From positions 94,426,001 to 94,490,000 of the forward strand of contig OX597822.1 of assembly GCA_951406725.2 (NCBI GenBank): a stretch of DNA of 64,000 nt. Reading direction: 5' to 3'. Under the pieces are notes generated by a model, which ran no database searches, was not told the origin of the DNA, and worked only from the letters and a program-made list of their open reading frames with translations. This DNA comes from Octopus vulgaris (lineage: Eukaryota). How positions within the stretch are numbered: the first letter of the stretch is position 1; each line of letters opens with the position of its first letter. Positions 13,073 to 25,720 of the stretch are shown piece after piece. The translations under genes were made by a program, and so were the position numbers.

Positions 13073-13332
13073 TAAAGTCTTCAACCACTTTAAACTATTG
13101 TAAATTTCTACTAATTGTCAACTTATGAGTGGATGTTTTGCATTGCGTTTTTAACAGATGAAACATTAGCTCTGTTGGAGTCAATTTCATACCTAATCAT
13201 CATATTTTGTAGTAGGGGTTCTGAATGAGAGGGGAAGATGTCAGAAGACCACCAAAAATGGCTCTGCAAAAGTTTTTGGCCACCTCACATAAACCAATCA
13301 AGAAAAATGTCTATAATGAAAATTTGTTACAT

Positions 13333-13482
13333 AGGCATAGGAGTGGCTGTGTGGTAAGTAGCTTGCTTACCAACCACATGGTTCAGGGTTCAGTCCTACA
13401 GTGTGGCATCTTGGACAGCTGTCTTTTACTATGGCCTCAGGCCGACCAAAGCCTTGTGAGTGGATTTAGATTTGAAGCCCGT

Positions 13483-13541
<59 letters not shown>

Positions 13542-13745
13542 TTGTGTGTCCGTGTTTGTCCCCCCAACATTGCTTGACAACCGATGCTGGTGTGTTTAAG
13601 TCCCCGTCACTTAGCAGTTTGGCGAAAAAGACCGATTGAATAAGTACTAGGCTTACAAAGAATAAGTCCTGGAGTCGATTTGCTTGACTAAAAGGCGGTG
13701 CTCCAGCATGGCTACAGTCAAATGACTGAAACAAATAAAAGAGTA
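13333..13745 (+). mobile_element. tRNA-derived SINE family A (CORE-like, internal TA/TG microsatellite)
   Basis: GGAGTGGCTGTGTGGTAAG...GGGTTCAGTCC...AAAGGCGGTGCTCCAGCATGG...GACTGAAACAA(G/A)TAAAAGAG. More than 12 copies in the window. Confidence 0.85.
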
Positions 13746-14654
13746 ATGTTCATTTCAAGAAGTTACTGTAGATTGTTAATATTTTCTGTTGCTTCCCTTA
13801 GCTTGAATAATTGCTTCAATGCACCTGGGAAGAGATACATACAAATCCTTCCCCATCTTCACAGGTATGAGATGCCATTATCTGTGGCTGAGCTTCCATG
13901 ACTCTTCAATATTCTTCTGACGAACTCTTCTCTTTACTTCTGTCCACATCTGCCCAATGATGTTTAAGTTAGGGCTTTCAATACAGTAACAACTTCATCA
14001 GAGAGACTCTGTTGTGTTGCATGAAATCTGTCACATGGAGCTCCATCATACTGAAAAATCTCACCTCTACCCAAGACTGGTATCAGATTGTCCATCAGCA
14101 ACTGGATGTATTTTGTAGTAGGGGTTCTGAATGAGAGGGGAAGATGTCAAAAGACGACCAAAAATGGCTCTGCAAAAGTTTTTGGCCACCTCACATAAAC
14201 CAATCAAGAAAAATGTCTATAATGAAAATTTGTTACGTAGGCATAGGAGTGGCTGTGTGGTAAGTAGCTTGCTTACCAACCACATGGTTCCGGGTTCAGT
14301 CCTACTGTGTGGCATCTTGGGCAAGATTGAAGCCTGGTGCAGCCATCTGGTTTGCCAGCCCTCAGTCACACGTCCAACCCATGCTAGCATGGAAAGCAGA
14401 CGTTAAAAGATGATGATGCTTCCCTTAGCTTGAATAATTTGGTAATGGTCATGTTGCTGTCAATTCTGACCAACTTTCTTGTATCCCCAAAGCATCAGAC
14501 TTCACTGTTTTCCTCATGTAACATGAATCATTTTACTTTCCTGGAGGGCTTCTAACAAATTCTCACTTATTAGAAAGTGAAATGATCTTCTACATTACAT
14601 GATGTTTGAGGGTAAGATTCTGATGCTTTGGGCATACATAAAATGTGATGGTCT

Positions 14655-15178
14655 AGGCACAGGAGTGGCTGTGTGGTAAGTAGATTGCTTACCAATCACA
14701 TGGTTCCAGGTTCAGTCCCAGTGGCTGTGTGGTAAGCAGCTTGCTTACCAATCACATGGTTCCGGGTTCAGTCCCACTGGCTGTGTGGTAAGTAGCTTGC
14801 TTACCAACCACATGGTTCCGAGTTCAGTCCTTCTGTGTGGCACCTTGGGCAAGTGTCTTCTACTATAGCCTCGGGCCGACCAAAGCCTTGTGAGTGGATT
14901 TGGTAGACAGAAACTGAAAGAAGCCCGTCGTATATATGTATATATATATGTGTGTGTGTATATGTTTGTGTGTCTTTGTTTGTCCCCCTAGCATTGCTTG
15001 ACAACCGATGCTGGTGTGTTTATATCCTCGTAACTTAGCGGTTCGGCAAAAGAGACTGATGGAATAAGTACTGGGCTTACAAAGAATAAGTCCCGGAGTC
15101 GAGTTGCTCGACTAAAGGCAGTGCTCCAGCATGGCCGCAGTCAAATGACTGAAACAAGTAAAAGAGTAAAAGAGAGTA
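14655..15178 (+). mobile_element. SINE family A with a triplicated tRNA-like head
   Basis: The ~57 bp unit TGGCTGTGTGGTAAG...GTTCAGTCC occurs three times before the body. Confidence 0.85.
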
Positions 15179-15182
15179 TATA

Positions 15183-16028
15183 TCTGGCAAGACCAGTGAG
15201 AACAGTCAAAATCAAGATCAAACTAAATTGAGGTCGATCAACATCAGGGCCCCCGTGCAGGTGACACGTAAAAGTACCATCCGTTCGTAGCCGTTCGCCA
15301 GCCCTGTCTGGCCCCCGTGCCGGTGGCACGTAAAAGCACCATCCGTTCGTGTTCGTTGCCAGCTCTGTCTGGCCCCCGTGCCGGTGACACGTAAAAGCAC
15401 CATCCGTTCGTGGCCGTTTGCCAGCTCTGTCTGGCCCCCGTGCCGGTGACATGTAAAAGCACCATCCGTTCGTGTCCGTTGCCAGCCTCGCCTGGCCCCC
15501 GTGCCGATGACACGTAAAAGCACCATCCGTTCGTGGCCGTTTGCCAGCCCTGTCTGGCCCCCATGTCGGTGGCATGTAAAAGCACCATCCGTTCGTGCCC
15601 GTTGCCAGCCTCGTGCCTGGCACCATCCCCCGTGCCGGTGGACACGTAAAAGCACCATGGCCCCCGTTTCGTGCACCATCCGTTTCATGGCCGTTTGCCA
15701 GCTCTGTCTGGCCCCCGTGTTGGTGGCACGTAAAAGCACCATCCGTTCGTGTCCGTTGCCAGCCTCGCCTGGCCCCGTGCCGGTGACACGTAAAAGCACC
15801 ATCCGTTCGTGGCCGTTTGCCAGCTCTGTCTGGCACCTATGCAGGTGGCACGTAAAAAGCACCCACTACACTCACGGAGTGGTTGGCGTTAGGAAGGGCA
15901 TCCAGCCGTAGAAACACTGCCAGATCTGACTGGGCCTGATGAAGCCTTCCAGCTTCACAGACCCCAGTTGAACCGTCCAACCCATGCTAGCATGGAGAAC
16001 GGACGCTAAATGATGATGATGATGATGA

Positions 16029-16030
<2 letters not shown>
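15183..16030 (+). mobile_element. RTE LINE 3' UTR with a ~60 bp tandem repeat array and (TGA)n tail
   Basis: Near-identical reverse complement of 19270-19990. Unit is approximately GTGCCGGTGACACGTAAAAGCACCATCCGTTCGTGGCCGTTTGCCAGCTCTGTCTGGCCCCC. Confidence 0.85.
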
Positions 16031-16068
<38 letters not shown>

Positions 16069-16072
<4 letters not shown>

Positions 16073-16280
16073 GGAAGGTTTACGGAAATAAACAAAAGAC
16101 AAAGGCAGGTGGAGTAGAAACAAATAAATGTATTAGTATAGCGCTCAGGAATTGAAATAGAAAAAGTCTTTTATGTTTCGAGCCTACGCTCTTCGACAGA
16201 AAGATACACAGAAAAAAAAACAAGGAGAGAAAAAAATGCATGTAGGAGCTAACAATCTATCATGGCGTCCTGACTTCGGA
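16069..16280 (-). mobile_element. ~200 bp hammerhead-like-motif element (U6-variant family), copy 1
   Basis: Homologous to 25431-25630 and 56420-56560. 3' end abuts (TA)n. Confidence 0.7.
16167..16204 (-). ncRNA. Minimal type I hammerhead-like motif with a CUG-U-N-GA core
   Basis: TCTTT-CTGTCGA-A-GAGC-GTAG-GCTC-GAAA-CA-TA^AAAGA. Stem I 5 bp, stem II 4 bp. Confidence 0.6.
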
Positions 16281-16542
16281 TATATATATATATGTATATT
16301 GGGTCATACCCATAAATAATGTAGTTTTTACAATTGCATGAACTAAAAGTGAGAGGGGGATGGGATAAACTACCTGCATCTACTTGCTATAAAAGCCGGT
16401 AGTATCTTTACCTCGTACTTATTCTTAGTGCGAGCTTTGAAGAGTGCAGTTTCATTTTAATAGTTACGCATGGCGCTGTATAAACACATACTCACAAATG
16501 TATATGATTTCATATGTGTGTGTGTATGAATGTATATGTATG

Positions 16543-16575
<33 letters not shown>

Positions 16576-16653
16576 TTGTATATATATTTGTATGTATATA
16601 TATATGTATATACGTATATATAATATATATATATATATGTATGTATATGTATG

Positions 16654-16685
<32 letters not shown>

Positions 16686-17019
16686 TTGTTGTATTTGATA
16701 ATGGGCATGTTGCCAGTTTAGCCAATAAAAATACATGCACTATATATTTGGTGTTCACTTGCTTCAGCGTTATTTTATATTAATTGTATTTCGGCCAGAG
16801 TTCTTTTGTCACACTTCCGTGACCTCATCAGTGGTCCTTTGCTTTCTTCTTTCTTTTTTGTGTCTCTCTCCTTACTAATGATCTGACATTTTGTATTCCT
16901 ATTGTATGTGTCTTTATTTGTGTATGTGCATATCCCTCCCGAGTGTGTCTATGTTTAGTAAGTGCGTGCGTATGGGAATGTGCCTGCATTATCAGTATCC
17001 CCAGGTTATACGCATTTCT

Positions 17020-17413
17020 TTCTTTTTCTTGTTTCAGTCATTTGACTGCGGCCATGCTGGAGCACCATGTTTAGTCAAGCAAATCGACCCTGGGACTTAT
17101 TCTTTGTAAGCCCAGTACTTATTCTATCGGTCTTTTTTGCTGAACCGCTATGTGACAGGGACGTAAACACACCAGCATCGGTTGTTAAGCAATGCTAGGG
17201 GGACAAACACAGACACACAAACACACACATACATATACATACATACATATATACGACAGGCTTCTTTCAGTTTCTGTCTACCAAATCCACTCACAAGGCA
17301 TTGGTCGGCCCGGGGCTATAGCAGAAGACACTTGCCCAAGATGCCATGCAGTGGGACTGAACCGGGAACCATGTGGTTGGTTAGCAAGCTACTTACCACA
17401 CAGCCACTCCTGC
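17020..17413 (-). mobile_element. SINE family A inserted in a PLE 3' region
   Basis: Reverse complement of the family A consensus. Confidence 0.85.
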
Positions 17414-17646
17414 TGTTTAATTTACTTTTATTTATTTTATTTGTTTGTTTATATCTACTTACTTTTTCTTTTCTTTCTTTTTTTATATTAATTGAATTGA
17501 ATTGAATTTATTTTGTTTACGTATATAGTTATTGAATTCCATTTATTTATCTCTCTATTGTATTATTTTCATATTATCAGTTTATGGGGATCTTATTCTG
17601 TTATAGGTTGTGTGTTGTGTGTGTGTGTAGGAGAGGTGCTAGTGTT

Positions 17647-17814
17647 TCATTCTAGTTTTCTATTCAGGCTAGGTTTGTCTTCTATTATGTGTGTAGCTTC
17701 CGTAATTTGTCTAAGTGTTGCATCTGTTCTACGTGAGGACAAGATTTTACCTTCCATGTTGTTGAGTTAGCCCCCGTGTCTCTGCTTGGTGTGGTGGTAT
17801 AGAACCGATGAGCT
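17647..17814 (-). mobile_element. Penelope-like element, GIY-YIG endonuclease C-terminal relic
   Basis: Manual translation SSVLYHHTKQRHGG*LNNMEGKILSSRRTDATLRQITEATHIIEDKPSLNRKLE* shows the H...H and R.I.EA..I...P.LN signature. Presumed 3' repeat continues to ~16730. Confidence 0.7.
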
Positions 17815-17982
17815 CTATTTTATAGCTCATAATAATATTAAACCTGTGAACCGCCCTTGTTACTGCTGTTAATATTATCAATTAAAAGTATTTGCCATAG
17901 ATGGTATTAACAATAGTAACATCTTATTTTGAATGTAAACATTCGAATGTTTTTGCTCATATACATACACATGTATGTATAA

Positions 17983-18030
<48 letters not shown>

Positions 18031-18035
18031 GTATA

Positions 18036-18370
18036 AAAGACCCCCTTCGGTCATGAGTGACCATGGGTTTGCACCTAGAGAGTTACCCTCTGAGGCACAA
18101 GTCTGGGCAAGGTTGTTTTTATGGAAGACCAGTAGTCGCCCATGCATACCGGCCTCCCCTCTCCACGCCACCAGTGTTATCCAAGGGAAAGACAAAGGTC
18201 GATACAGCTTGGCACCTGTGACGTCGCAACTCATTTCTACAGCTGAGTGAACTGGAGCAACGTGAAATAAAGTGTCTTGCTCAAGAACACAACACGCAGC
18301 CCGGTCCGGGATTCGAGCTCACAACCTCACGATCGTAAGCTCGATGCTCTAACCACTGAGCCATGCGCCT
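18036..18370 (-). mobile_element. SINE family C, full length
   Basis: Reverse complement of GGCGCATGGCTCAGTGGTTAGAGC...CACTTTATTTCACGTTGCTCCAG...GACCGAAGGGGGTC. Confidence 0.85.
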
Positions 18371-18439
18371 ACATGTGCGTATATCTATATATATATGTGT
18401 GTATTTATATATATGTATGTATGTATATGTGTATGTATA

Positions 18440-19235
18440 TGTGTCACACCCTAGCAGATGATGGAACCTGTGGAAGAGGTAGACCTAGGAAGACCTGGGA
18501 TGAGGTGGTGAAGCATGACCTTCAAATACTGGGCCTCACTGAGGCAATGACTAGTGACCAAGACCTTTGGAGATATGCTGTGCTTGAGAAGATCCGGCAA
18601 GCCAAAGAAGACCCAACAAGACCATAACCCATGGCCTATGCCAGTGGTGTATAACCAGCACAGTTATGAGTACCCTTCATTCATTGGACAATAAACTTTA
18701 CTTGTGAAGTCCTGTTGAGGCAAGTGAAATAAAAATTGCTGACATGGCTGATGACAGTATCGCCTGATTGGCACTGGTGCCAGTGGAACGTTAAAAGCAC
18801 CATCCGAGTGTGATCGTTGCCAGGACTGCTGACTGGTTCCTATGCTGGTGGCACATAAAAAGCACCATTCAAGCATGATTGTTCCCAGTGTCACCTTACT
18901 GGCTCATGTGCCAGTGGCACATGAAAAACAACATTCGTGTGTGGTCATTGCCAGTGCTGTCAGACTGGCCCCGTGCAGGTGGCACATTAAAAATACCTTT
19001 TGAGCATGGTCGTTGCCAGTACCACTTGACTGGCCCTCATGCCTGTGGCACATAAAAGCACTCACTACACACTCAGAGTAGTTGGCATTAGGAAGGGCAT
19101 CCAGCTGTAGAAACTTTGACAGATCAGATTGGTACCTGGTGCAGCCTTCTGGCTTGCCAGTCCTCAGTCAAACCGTCCAACCCATGCCAGCATGGAAAGC
19201 GGACGTTAAACGACGACGACGATGATGATGATGAT
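18440..19235 (+). mobile_element. 5'-truncated RTE LINE (ORF end plus 3' UTR)
   Basis: CHTLADDGTCGRGRPRKTWDEVVKHDLQILGLTEAMTSDQDLWRYAVLEK, then degenerate ~60 bp repeats and a (GAC/GAT)n tail. Confidence 0.85.
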
Positions 19236-19269
19236 GTATGTATATATACATGTATATATATATATATAT

Positions 19270-20680
19270 ATCATCATCATCATCATCATTTAGCGTCCGT
19301 TCTCCATGCTAGCATGGGTTAGACGGTTCAACTGGGGTCTGTGAAGCTGGAAGGCTTCATCAGGCCCAGTCAGATCTGGCAGTGTTTCTACGGCTGGATG
19401 CCCTTCCTAACGCCAACCACTCCGTGAGTGTAGTGGGTGCTTTTTGTGCCACCTGCACAGGTGCCAGACAGAGCTGGCAAACGGCCACGAACGGATGGTG
19501 CTTTTACGTGTCACCGGCACGGGGCCAGGCGAGGCTGGCAACGGGCACGAACGGATGGTGCTTTTACATGCCACCGACACGGGGGCCAGACAGGGCTGGC
19601 AAACGGACATGAACGGATGGTGCTTTTACATGTCACCGACATGGGGGCCAGACAGGGCTGGCAAACGGCCACGAACGGATGGTGCTTTTACGTGTCACCG
19701 GCACGGGGGCCAGACAGAGCTGGCAACGGGCACGAACGGATGGTGCTTTTACGTGTCACCGGCACGGGGGCCAGACAGAGCTGGCAAACGGCCACAAACG
19801 GATGGTGCTTTTACGTGTCACCGGCACGGGGGCCAGGCCAGGCTGGCAACAAACACGGGGGCCAGACAGGGCTGGCAAACGGCTACGAACGGATGGTACT
19901 TTTACGTGTCACCTGCACGGGGGTCCCTGATGTTGATTGACCTCAATTTGGTTTGATCTTGATTTTGACTGTTCTCACTGGTCTTGCCGGGTTTTCTCAC
20001 GCACAGCATACCTCCAAAGGTCTCGGTCACTGGTCATTTCCTTGGTGAGACCTAAAGTTCGAAGGTCGTGCTTCACCGCCTCGACCCAGGTTTTCCTGGG
20101 TCTACCTCTTCCACAGGTCCCCTCAACTGCCAGGGTGTGGCACTTTCGCACACAACTATCTTCAGCCATTCTCATCACATGACCATACCAGCGCATACGT
20201 CTCTCTTGCACACAACAACTGATGCTTCTTAGGTTCAACTTTTCTCTCAAGGTACTTACACTCTGTCGATTATGAACACTGACGTTACACATCCATCGGA
20301 GCATACTAGCTTCATTTCTTGCGAGCTTACGCAAATCCTCAGCAGTCACAGCCCAAGTTTCACTACCATGTAGCATGGCTGTACGTACACATGCATCATA
20401 CAGTCTGCCTTTTACTTTGAGCGAGAGGCCTTTTGTCACCAGCAGGGGTAAGAGCTCTCTAAACTTTGCCCAGGCTATTCTTACTCTAGCAGTTATACTT
20501 TCAGTGCACCCGCCCCCGCTACTGACTTGGTCACCTAGGTAACGGAAACTATCAACTACTTCTAGCTTTTCTCCCTGGAAAGTGACGGAAGTTGGTCTCA
20601 GAGCATTTTCAGTGTTAATTGTTCCTGAGCATCTGCCACATACAAAAACCATCTTCCTAGTTAGCCTTCCTTTGACATTA
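19270..20680 (-). mobile_element. 5'-truncated RTE LINE with an open C-terminal ORF (19975-20680) and repeat-rich 3' UTR
   Basis: LEVVDSFRYLGD...ARVRIAWAKFRELLPLL...KGRLYDACVRTAMLHGSETW...RWYGHVMRM...RGRPRKTW...DRDLWR. (TGA)n tail. Confidence 0.92.
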
Positions 20681-20857
20681 TATATATATATATACGATGG
20701 GCTTCTTTCGGTTTCCATCTACCAAATCCACTCACAAAGCTTTGGTTGGCCCGAGGCTATAGTAGAAGACATTTGCCCAAGGTGCCATGTAGTGGGACTG
20801 AACCCGGAACCATGTTGTTTGTAAGCAAGCTACTTACCACACAGTCACTCCTATGCC

Positions 20858-20899
<42 letters not shown>

Positions 20900-21372
20900 A
20901 CATATTGGGTATGAGGAGGTTACACTTGTTGTAGTGAAGACTAACAATTAATGGATTGCTATTTTGTAGTAACCTTTAAGAAATTGTAAAACAAATAATT
21001 AATTCATATTTTCAATGATGGACTAAAATCCATAATTTTGTTTTATATTCCATTTATCAATGTTTTCATTTCTGCACAAACACGAAAATCTCTGTAGAAT
21101 AATATAGTTCGTGTTTGATACTGAGCCAAAGAAGCTGAAACCGACAATAAATTTAGGTCAATCAACATTATATGCATACATGTAATTACATTTAAAATAT
21201 CTCTATTGATAATCAATTATCAATTTACTATAATGTGGTCAAAAGCCATATTAAACATATAAAGAAAAAAACATAACTTTGCACACACTGACATGTATGT
21301 ATGTATATATATATATATATATATGAATATGTGTAGTAAATCTATCTATGTCACTCTCTCTTTGTATATGTG

Positions 21373-21405
<33 letters not shown>

Positions 21406-21414
21406 CATGTGGTC

Positions 21415-21713
21415 ATGTGACCAACCAGGCCATCAGATGTTGCTATACATCGCTGGTCACAATGCGCTTCGCATTGTTTTAGCCTTCAATGACGCCACCC
21501 CGCTGGCTAAGCGAGCAGGCCAACAGAAGAAAGAATGAGAGAAAGTTGTGGTGAAAGAGTACAGCAGGGATTGCCACCCCACTCCTACCGGAGCCTCTTG
21601 GAGCTTTAGGTGTTTTCGCTCAATAAACACTCACAACGCCCGGTCTGGGAATCAAAACCACTATCCTACGACCACAAGCCCGCTGCCCTAACCACTGGGC
21701 CATTGCGCCTCCA
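21415..21713 (-). mobile_element. tRNA-derived SINE family D
   Basis: Reverse complement of GTGGAGGCGCAATGGCCCAGTGGTTAGGGCAGCGG... Other copies at 28005-28306(-), 31458-31770(+), 51842-52030(+). Confidence 0.8.
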
Positions 21714-21727
21714 CACACACACGCACG

Positions 21728-21776
<49 letters not shown>

Positions 21777-22548
21777 GCTTAAACATGACCTGTCACTTCT
21801 CCTAAGAATGATGTGGGTGGGGGTTGCTTATAAGTATATCCCAACTCATACACACTCACACACACACACACATACACACACACATCAGCCAGTCACCTGA
21901 TGACTTACTAATCAAGCAAACACACATGTGAGATGGATTTTATTCTAACCATGAAATAAGATTGGAAGATGGTCAAAGAGGTTATAGGTTTTCACTTGAT
22001 TTTGGGAAAAGAGTCTTGAAACGCTCAGAAACAAAGGACAATGGAAACTAAAAGAGTCCTTGTCCAGGTTTAAATTCCAAAAAGGTATGTCAATGCTTAT
22101 CTTATGTTGGAAAAGAGAAGGAAATAGAGACTCATAATATAGTAAGAAACTGGACATGTCCTTACTCCAACCTGTGGAGTCCTACAACACAGTCTTGTGG
22201 TTGGCGTAAGATCCCAGCCAGGCATAAGAACACACATGGTGCTGTTGTTGTGGTTGTTGTTGGTAGTGGTGGTAGTGGTGGTTAGAATAAATCCATAAGA
22301 GTTCAGAGACAGGTTTAGACTGATTGGAAGAAAGAGAGGCAGGAGATTAAAATTCAAATAGCTAGAGTGGAATCTAAATCCAGAAGCAGAAAGAAAGATG
22401 TTTGTGTGTGTTCTTCAAAATGAAGATGAGAGACATGAGATATTTTTGGATTGCTAAGCAATGTGCTAGAGAGAATCAAGATGCCATCAAGAGACCTTTA
22501 GACAAAATGATAGCAGTATGTTCAGTCTTGCATACATCAGAAAGGATG

Positions 22549-22585
<37 letters not shown>

Positions 22586-22989
22586 GATAGGCTTCTTTCA
22601 GTTTCCATCTACCAAATCCACTCACAAAGCTTTGGTTCACCCGAGGCTATAGTAGAAGACATTTGCCCATTATATGTTCTATAATGAGAGGCTTTTAAAT
22701 TTGGTGGATATCCCAAGTAGACCCAACAGTAGGACCAGTCATTTAAGTTGATAGCAGTAAGATAAAGTGATTAATCCATTATCATTTAAACCAGTCATAT
22801 CCAATCCCAATATTCTTCCAGTTTTATGTTCAAACTGGCCAACACTGGCCTCTCACACCTACAATTATGATGCCATCCTCAAAATAAACAACGACATCAT
22901 TGAAATCTTGAATTTACAAGAATAAATAATAAATAAGAATTGCATTTAACAGAGTAATTTGAATGCTGAAGGATTTAAGGATATGAAGG

Positions 22990-23400
22990 CCTGGAAGGCA
23001 CTTGGTCCATCATGAAGTGTTGCTGAGATGCTAAATGTGTTTGGAGAAATAAAGCATGGATTAGTCACACCCATAGTCAATCAAATAGTATAAGATGGTC
23101 CCATATCCAATGACTGGCGTAGCAGCATCATAGTAAGCTGCTGTAAGAGTAACTGAGATGTACAAGAGGGAAGAAATTACATAGGTATCAGATTGTTGGA
23201 TGAAGTTATGAAAGTTATGAAAAGAGTTATAGCCCAATTGATTAAAAAGAGAATAAACATAAATGTCATGCAAACAGGCATTAAAAAGCATACTACAAGG
23301 TGTAAACCTGAATATAGAATTGCTGACCCAGGAAGACATGGGATGAGGTACTGAAGAATGACCTCATGATGCTGAATCTTTCAAGTGAGAGGTCAAAAGA
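22990..23400 (+). mobile_element. Degenerate RTE RT fragments
   Basis: Reads ...NDWRSSIIVSCCK and NYIGIRLLDEVMKVMKRVIAQLIKKR, like the RT N-terminal W..S.I/NYRGI.LL motifs. Confidence 0.6.
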
Positions 23401-23406
23401 CCAAGA

Positions 23407-23642
23407 TACCTATTTCTTTACTACCCACAAGGGGCTAAACACAGAGAGGACAAACATGGACAGATGAACGGATTAAGTCGACGAGATCGACCCCAGTGCG
23501 TAACTGGTACTTAATTTATCGACCCCGAAAGGATAAAAGGCAAAGTTGACCTCGGCGGAATTTGAACTCAGAACACAGTGGCGGATGAAATACCACAAAG
23601 CATTTCACACGGCGTGCTAACGTTTCTGCCAGCTCGCCGCCT
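23407..23642 (-). mobile_element. SINE family B monomer
   Basis: Family B sequence. TSD AGA(C/T)CAAGATACCT. Confidence 0.85.
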
Positions 23643-23799
23643 TTAGATCAAGATACCTGACATCTGATCATACTCAAGAAGACCCATACCCTACAACAGG
23701 AGTGTTAAGACCAATCTTTCTGGTGGTGCAAAGTGCACATGATGGTGCCTATATAAAAGTGCCCGTGCAGTGCCGCATAAAAGTACCCATGTGGATTGA

Positions 23800-24200
23800 G
23801 GCTTTGTTCCCCAGGGCCAGACCATCAATCAAGAGTTCTACAGTGACATTTTAAAGCATTTGAGGGAGGACTTTTGAGGAAAGCAATCAGATTTGTGCGG
23901 AATGCAAAGAATTGGATTCTTCATGACAACAATGCACCCTGTCACCAAGCTCTCCTTACTTGTGAGTTTCTCATCAAAAACGACATGGTATTGCTTCTGC
24001 ACCTGTTCTGTTCACCAAATTTAGTACCTGCGGATTTCTATCTCTTCCCCCAGATGAAAATGCTGCCCAAAGGTCACCATTTTAACACCATTGTCGAGAT
24101 CAAGAGCAACTTGCAGAAGGTCCTTAACTCATGGAAAATGACTTACAGGCCAAATTCCAAAAGTGGAAGGAACACTGTGCAAGGTGACTATTTTCAAGAT
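23800..24200 (+). mobile_element. mariner transposase relic
   Basis: FVPQGQTINQEFYSDILKHLRED; WILHDNNAPCH...CSPNLVPADFYLFPQMK, matching the mariner HDNA and YSPDLAP.D motifs. Confidence 0.85.
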
Positions 24201-24499
24201 GATATTAAAACATGTATGTGTTTGTCCCCTACAACATCGCTTGACAACCAAATCTGGTGTGTTTATGTCCCCATTACTTAGCAGTTCAGCAAAAAATACT
24301 GATAGAATAAGTATTAGGCTTGGCCACAGTAAAATGACTGAAACAGGTAAAAAAATAAAAGAATAAAAGAATAAAATTATTTATTCTTTATTGAACATAA
24401 CTAATCCAAGAACTCTTTGATACCACCTTGTTTGTATGTGTGTATATATGTGTGTATGTATGTATGTATGTGTGTATGTATGTATGTATGTATACGTGC

Positions 24500-24530
<31 letters not shown>

Positions 24531-25311
24531 TGTATGTATGTATGTATCTATGTATGTATGTATGTTAATATATATATGTGTGCCCTTGTGCACATGTGTG
24601 TGTATGTATGTGTGCATATACAGAAAAATAATTGTGTTTACCATTTTTAGTTCAACTGAATTGAAACTGACAAATACGAATCATATAACATTATCATCAA
24701 ATGATATTGGAATAAATAAATAAATAAATAAATAAGGAGAAAGATAACAAGAAACTCTAAATGCGAATATTAGAATACAAGAATAAAAAATACAAAAAAA
24801 TGAAGATATCTGCTTAGAAGTGAGCAAGCAATACAGAGTTAATCTGAACAACATTGTATCACACATCTCAAACAACAGCAAAATCTTCATTTGATGGACT
24901 TTATATAAATATACAACTGACAAAATATGTGTTCTCAATTTTTTCTTTTTTGTGTTTTTTCTTGGGGTGGGGGGTGGGGCAGTTGATTATATCTTTTAGT
25001 GTAAAGAAAATATATTTTTCTACTGACTGGTTGTTGAACTGTTGGATGGTGAAGACATTTTTAAAATTTATTTTATTTTATTTTATTTAAGAATTTACGC
25101 CAATATGAAGGACTCTGCCAATATATCAATGCGTCTTGAAAGTTTTATGTAGCTTTTGTTGTTGCTGCTGTTACTGTTGTTATGCCCTGTCTTGCCCTGA
25201 TTGGACAAGCATTTGATCAAAGTGATTGTAGACAATTTATTTGTTCTTTTGATCTATGCTGTGTTGTGCATAAACTAGACAGACATATATTCACACACAC
25301 ACACACAACTA

Positions 25312-25355
<44 letters not shown>

Positions 25356-25356
25356 A

Positions 25357-25429
<73 letters not shown>

Positions 25430-25430
25430 A

Positions 25431-25630
25431 GTTGCTATGATAGATCGTTAGCCACTACACACATTTTTTTTTCTCCTTGTTTCTCTCCTTGTTTTTTCTG
25501 TGTCCCTTTCTGTAGAAGAGCGTAGGCTCAAAACGTAAAAGACTTTCTCTATTCCTGAGCATTATACTAATACATGTTTGTTTTGTACACCACCTGTCTT
25601 CGTCTTTTGTTTTTTAGTAAACTCTCCCTA
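25431..25630 (+). mobile_element. U6-variant hammerhead-like element, copy 2 (motif 25506-25541)
   Basis: CTTT-CTGTAGA-A-GAGC-GTAG-GCTC-AAAA(G12A)-CG-TA^AAAG. Lies inside (TATC)n/(TA)n. Confidence 0.7.

Positions 25631-25720
<90 letters not shown>

Noticed and set aside
15141-15911. Repetitive 130-230 aa ORFs, and a CRISPR-like look
   Set aside because: These are tandem ~60 bp repeats of an RTE 3' UTR. The spacers are homologous, there are no cas genes, and the context is eukaryotic. The same applies to 19437-19956 and 54721-55365.
15935-15965. CTGATGA in the RTE tail as a hammerhead core
   Set aside because: There is no stem II closed by GAAA downstream.
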